Of a stretch of 64,000 nt of DNA, positions 60,607 through 64,000 are shown piece by piece. A program made the translations under genes and the position numbers. The notes beneath the pieces are model-generated. The model worked only from the letters and a program-made list of their open reading frames with translations, did no database searches and was not told the DNA's origin. The stretch's first letter is position 1, and every line of letters begins with the position of its first letter. The stretch covers positions 523,825 through 587,824 of the forward strand of contig JBFWNL010000001.1 in NCBI GenBank assembly GCA_050251055.1, read 5' to 3'. Source of the DNA: Bacteriovoracia bacterium. Lineage in GTDB: Bacteria > Bdellovibrionota > UBA1018 > JBFWNL01.

Positions 60607-61911
60607 ATGCGTAAAAACGAAGAGATCTTGGCTATCCGTAAGAAATACATGCTGCCCACCGCCCTTCACTACCACAAAGAGCCGTTGCAGCTGGTGCGGG
60701 CGCAAGGCGAATACGTTTGGGACGAAAACGGGCGCCAGTACCTGGATGCGATCGGCGGCATTGTTTGCATCTCGGCCGGGCATAATCACCCCAAGATTAA
60801 AGCCCAGATGCGCAAGATGCTCGATAGCGATACGCCCCAACACACGAGCTTACTCTATTTGAACGAAGAGCCGGCCCTACTCGCGGAGAAAATGGCGGAA
60901 GTCGCGCCTCCAGAAGTGAAGCGCCTCGCGATGACGAACTCGGGCTCGGAAGCCAACGAACTCGCGTTCATGGCTGCTCGCCACGCCACCGGTGAAACCA
61001 TGGTCGTGAACCTGCGACATAGCTACCACGGCGGAACTTCCGGGACGTTAGCTAGCTGCGGACACCACACTTGGCGCTTCCGCGCCCAGCCCGTAACCGC
61101 GACCACCTCGGTCGTGGCCCCATACTGCTACCGCTGCCCGTTCGGAAAAACCCCGGATGGTTGTACCTTTGAGTGCGCCCGCCAGGTCGAATCCACGATC
61201 CAAACCAGCACCCACGGAAAGATCGCGGCCTTCATCGCCGAACCCGTCATGGGCGTCGGCGGCTTCATCGATCCCCCCAAGGAATACTTCCAGGAAGTGG
61301 TGAAGATCGTCCATAACTACGGCGGCAAGTACATCAGCGACGAAGTGCAAACCGGCGCGGGACGTTGCGGCGCCGAATTCTTCGCCACGAACGAACTGGG
61401 CATCGACGCCGACATGGTCACTATGGCCAAGGGCCTAGGCAACGGGGCCGCCATCGGCGCCGTGCTCATGAAATCCGACATCGCCGACACGATGGCGGGC
61501 AAACTCTACTTCAACACGTTCGGCGGCGACCCATACCAAACCATGCAGGCGCGGATGACCATTGAGATCATCCAGGAAGAGAAACTCATCGAGAACGCCA
61601 AGGCGATGGGCGCGCTCCTCAAGGACGGCTTCAAGGAGATGATGAAGACGCACGAGCTCATCGGCGACGTCCGCGGACGGGGGCTGATGATGGGTATCGA
61701 GCTCGTCAGGGATCGCAAGACCAAGGAATACGCCACCGCCGAGACGGCGGCGATCATGGACATTTGCCGCGAAAAGGGCTTACTCCTGGGTAAAGGCGGG
61801 CTTTTCGGGAACGTACTGCGGATCGCACCGCCGCTGACGATTAACCGCGACCAGGTGAAGGTCATGCTGACTATCCTGGATCAGGCGTTTCACTCCATGA
61901 AGAAACTTTAG
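60607..61911 (+). CDS. Class III aminotransferase (beta-alanine/AGXT2-PYD4-like)
   Basis: NSGSEAN, YHG, DEVQTG, MAKGLGNG, GDVRGRGLM. Confidence 0.9.
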   Translation: MRKNEEILAIRKKYMLPTALHYHKEPLQLVRAQGEYVWDENGRQYLDAIGGIVCISAGHNHPKIKAQMRKMLDSDTPQHTSLLYLNEEPALLAEKMAEVAPPEVKRLAMTNSGSEANELAFMAARHATGETMVVNLRHSYHGGTSGTLASCGHHTWRFRAQPVTATTSVVAPYCYRCPFGKTPDGCTFECARQVESTIQTSTHGKIAAFIAEPVMGVGGFIDPPKEYFQEVVKIVHNYGGKYISDEVQTGAGRCGAEFFATNELGIDADMVTMAKGLGNGAAIGAVLMKSDIADTMAGKLYFNTFGGDPYQTMQARMTIEIIQEEKLIENAKAMGALLKDGFKEMMKTHELIGDVRGRGLMMGIELVRDRKTKEYATAETAAIMDICREKGLLLGKGGLFGNVLRIAPPLTINRDQVKVMLTILDQAFHSMKKL

Positions 61912-62026
61912 CCGACCCTAGGCCGACTGTATCCGCTGGGACACACCCTTCGGTATTTTTCGTCAGATTACTGCACCCCGCGGGTTATGCCTGTATCGAA
62001 TCGACAGCAAACCAGGGGGCACTTTC

Positions 62027-62560
62027 ATGCGGATTCTCACTCTCACGTTACTTTTTACTTTAAGCTTTTCGGCCAACGCGCAGAACCCAACTTCGGTGTC
62101 CAATCGGACTGCACTTGATGACGGATGTCGATCATTGCGGTTCGACGCGGAGTCCGCCTGCCAGAGTGCAGCTAGGAAGTGCGGCGATTTTCAACGGGCA
62201 AAGCAGCGCGCCGAAACTTGCGGAGGCAATCCGCCAGGACGGCCTACGACGGAAGCGGCCTGTGGCAGTTACAATCAGTGCTTCATCGATCACGCCTGGG
62301 ATTGCCAATACGCTTGGTCTTCCGGGCCTCCCGCAGGGTGTAAAATCACGCACAGTGGAGATAACTCCTGCCCGGGAGATTGGTTTATTGGTCCCGACAA
62401 CGATGACGAAGGCTGGAACGGCGAAGGCCATCGCGCCCGCTTCCTAAATACGCTCCGCCGCTGTCAGGAAAAAACCCAGGAATTAGGTCGTCGTTGCCCG
62501 CTCGAAATCGTGCCGGTCGTGCCCACCTGTCCGGGCGCCGACCCTGCGATCGAACTATAA
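62027..62560 (+). CDS. Secreted Cys-rich hypothetical protein
   Basis: Signal peptide (ANA-Q), 12 Cys including two CX10C; SD AGGGGG. Confidence 0.7.
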   Translation: MRILTLTLLFTLSFSANAQNPTSVSNRTALDDGCRSLRFDAESACQSAARKCGDFQRAKQRAETCGGNPPGRPTTEAACGSYNQCFIDHAWDCQYAWSSGPPAGCKITHSGDNSCPGDWFIGPDNDDEGWNGEGHRARFLNTLRRCQEKTQELGRRCPLEIVPVVPTCPGADPAIEL

Positions 62561-62596
62561 AAAGAGAGCGCGGGCCTAGACCCAGCACTGGCCGGA

Positions 62597-63589
62597 TTAG
62601 CTATACCGCCGAATCCAGCCCGCCAAGTCGTCGAAAGCCCGCGCCTTGTCCACGCCTTCGGGAACCTTCGCGCCCGTAACGCCCGCACCTTCATTGAAAG
62701 GCTCGTGACGGAATCCAGGATAGGTTTTGAGTTCCTTGGTCTTCGCCTTGAGTTTTTGGAAGAAATCGATCGTCGCGTTCGGATCGACGATCTCGTCATC
62801 CATGGAAACCAGGAACTGGATCGGCACGCGGATTTCTTTTTCGCCCGCGAACATGTCCCGCAATGCCGCCTGCATCTGCATGAAGAAACGCGGAGTGGCC
62901 TTGTCGTGCACCAGGCGATCCTTTGCGTAAGCCTCCTGCACGCACGGATCATGGCCAATCTTGGTAACGTCGAGCCCGGTCGGCATCTGAATGGAACCCC
63001 AGACCTTCGCGAGCACCTTCGCCGCCACCAACTTCGGTAGCGGCACCTTCACCTTCAAGCCCAAAAGCGGCGACGAGATCGTGGCTGACTTGATGGGAAG
63101 ATCCGGATTGAACATAAGGAGTCGAAGCGCGGTCAAACCGCCCATGCTATGCCCTAAGAGATGCAGCCTCACCTGACCGAACTTTTTCTCCAGACGCTCC
63201 ACCAGGAGGCGCGCGACGATCGCCGCATCCGCGACATAATGATCGAAGTCCTCCACGTGCCCGCGACCCCCTCCTGAACGTCCGTGGCCCCGCAAATCAA
63301 ATCCATGGATTGAGCCTAAGGTTTCACCGAGCCGGGCATCCAAAAAATGCGGGAAGTGCAGATAGCGGCCGAAATGCTCCCCTTGACCGTGAATGACCAA
63401 GAGCGCCTCGGACCCGTTCCAAGCCTGGCGATGATGATGAGCCAGAAAAAGCTTCACCCCGCCGCCCCCGGCGTCGAACCCGGAGATCGTCTCGACCTCC
63501 GTCGTCCAATCCGGAGGGAGCCCCGGAAAACCCTTCGGCTGCAGATTGCCCATCGTGTTCACGGCGTTTTCGGTTTGCATAGGCCCCAC
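62597..63589 (-). CDS. Alpha/beta hydrolase, lysophospholipase/monoglyceride lipase-like
   Basis: HGQGEH, DLRGHGRS, GHSMGG, D and RHE catalytic residues. Confidence 0.92.
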   Translation of the reverse strand: MGPMQTENAVNTMGNLQPKGFPGLPPDWTTEVETISGFDAGGGGVKLFLAHHHRQAWNGSEALLVIHGQGEHFGRYLHFPHFLDARLGETLGSIHGFDLRGHGRSGGGRGHVEDFDHYVADAAIVARLLVERLEKKFGQVRLHLLGHSMGGLTALRLLMFNPDLPIKSATISSPLLGLKVKVPLPKLVAAKVLAKVWGSIQMPTGLDVTKIGHDPCVQEAYAKDRLVHDKATPRFFMQMQAALRDMFAGEKEIRVPIQFLVSMDDEIVDPNATIDFFQKLKAKTKELKTYPGFRHEPFNEGAGVTGAKVPEGVDKARAFDDLAGWIRRYS

Positions 63590-63595
63590 CTTACC

Positions 63596-64000
63596 TCAAT
63601 TCGCCTGGGCGCGCACGCCTTCGCATTCGGGCGGAAGCTTGGGCATCTTGAAGGCTTCCGCCTTACGTTCTGGGCTCGCGGTCTTTTGGCGGGCCTCATC
63701 CGAGAACCACCAATCTAACTCGGAACCGCAGCCGTCTCCCGGCGGGATCGCCTCCTGTTTTTTGCAAAGGGGGCTACCTTCCGGGCAGCGCAAGCGGACA
63801 TGAAAGTGATCATGATGCTCGAACCAGGGGCGGACCTTGGCCATCCATTTGCGTTCGGATTTTTTTCCCCGCGTCGCCTGGCAGAGCGCGCGCTTGACGG
63901 CGGCATGGACGAAGATTCGCTCCACTTCCGGAGCCTGGGCCGCGTACTTGAGAATCTTCACATGCTTGGGGGTCCAAAGCTTCTTGAGCACTTTGTAGGT
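63596..64000 (-). CDS. mepA: Penicillin-insensitive murein endopeptidase, C-terminal part (runs off window edge)
   Basis: ERIFV...K..LC, RPW..H.DHFHVRLRCP, Q..IPPGDGCG.EL.WW. Confidence 0.9.
   Translation of the reverse strand, partial: TYKVLKKLWTPKHVKILKYAAQAPEVERIFVHAAVKRALCQATRGKKSERKWMAKVRPWFEHHDHFHVRLRCPEGSPLCKKQEAIPPGDGCGSELDWWFSDEARQKTASPERKAEAFKMPKLPPECEGVRAQAN

Overview
High-GC (roughly 60% by eye) bacterial chromosome segment, most consistent with a Bdellovibrionota/Oligoflexia-type organism. This is an inference from the TIGR02147-like regulator, the AglRQS-like TolQ/TolR/TolR trio, the rpiB-glyA-nrdR-nusB order without rib genes, and many orphan secreted proteins. The housekeeping backbone comprises polA, gmhA, trxA, argS, ade, sdhCAB, scoAB-thiolase, htrA, yceD-rpmF-fabH-fabD-fabG-acpP-fabF-rpiB, glyA, nrdR-nusB, hldD, a reductive pyrimidine catabolism operon without its first enzyme, and mepA. 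Accessory genes for exported proteins are interspersed throughout. Highlights: (1) an unannotated sigma54 promoter with an enhancer array that appears to drive a structured ~125-nt RNA, divergent from a GAF-AAA+ activator that has its own sigma28-like leaderless promoter; (2) an island of four small secreted CX10C proteins plus a pilin-like gene, with repeated leader hairpins, facing a TIGR02147 regulator; (3) a recurring WGCGTCATA intergenic motif, mostly upstream of secreted accessory genes; (4) an exported dikinase with glucan-water-dikinase domain order. No tRNA, rRNA, CRISPR array or transposase was seen.
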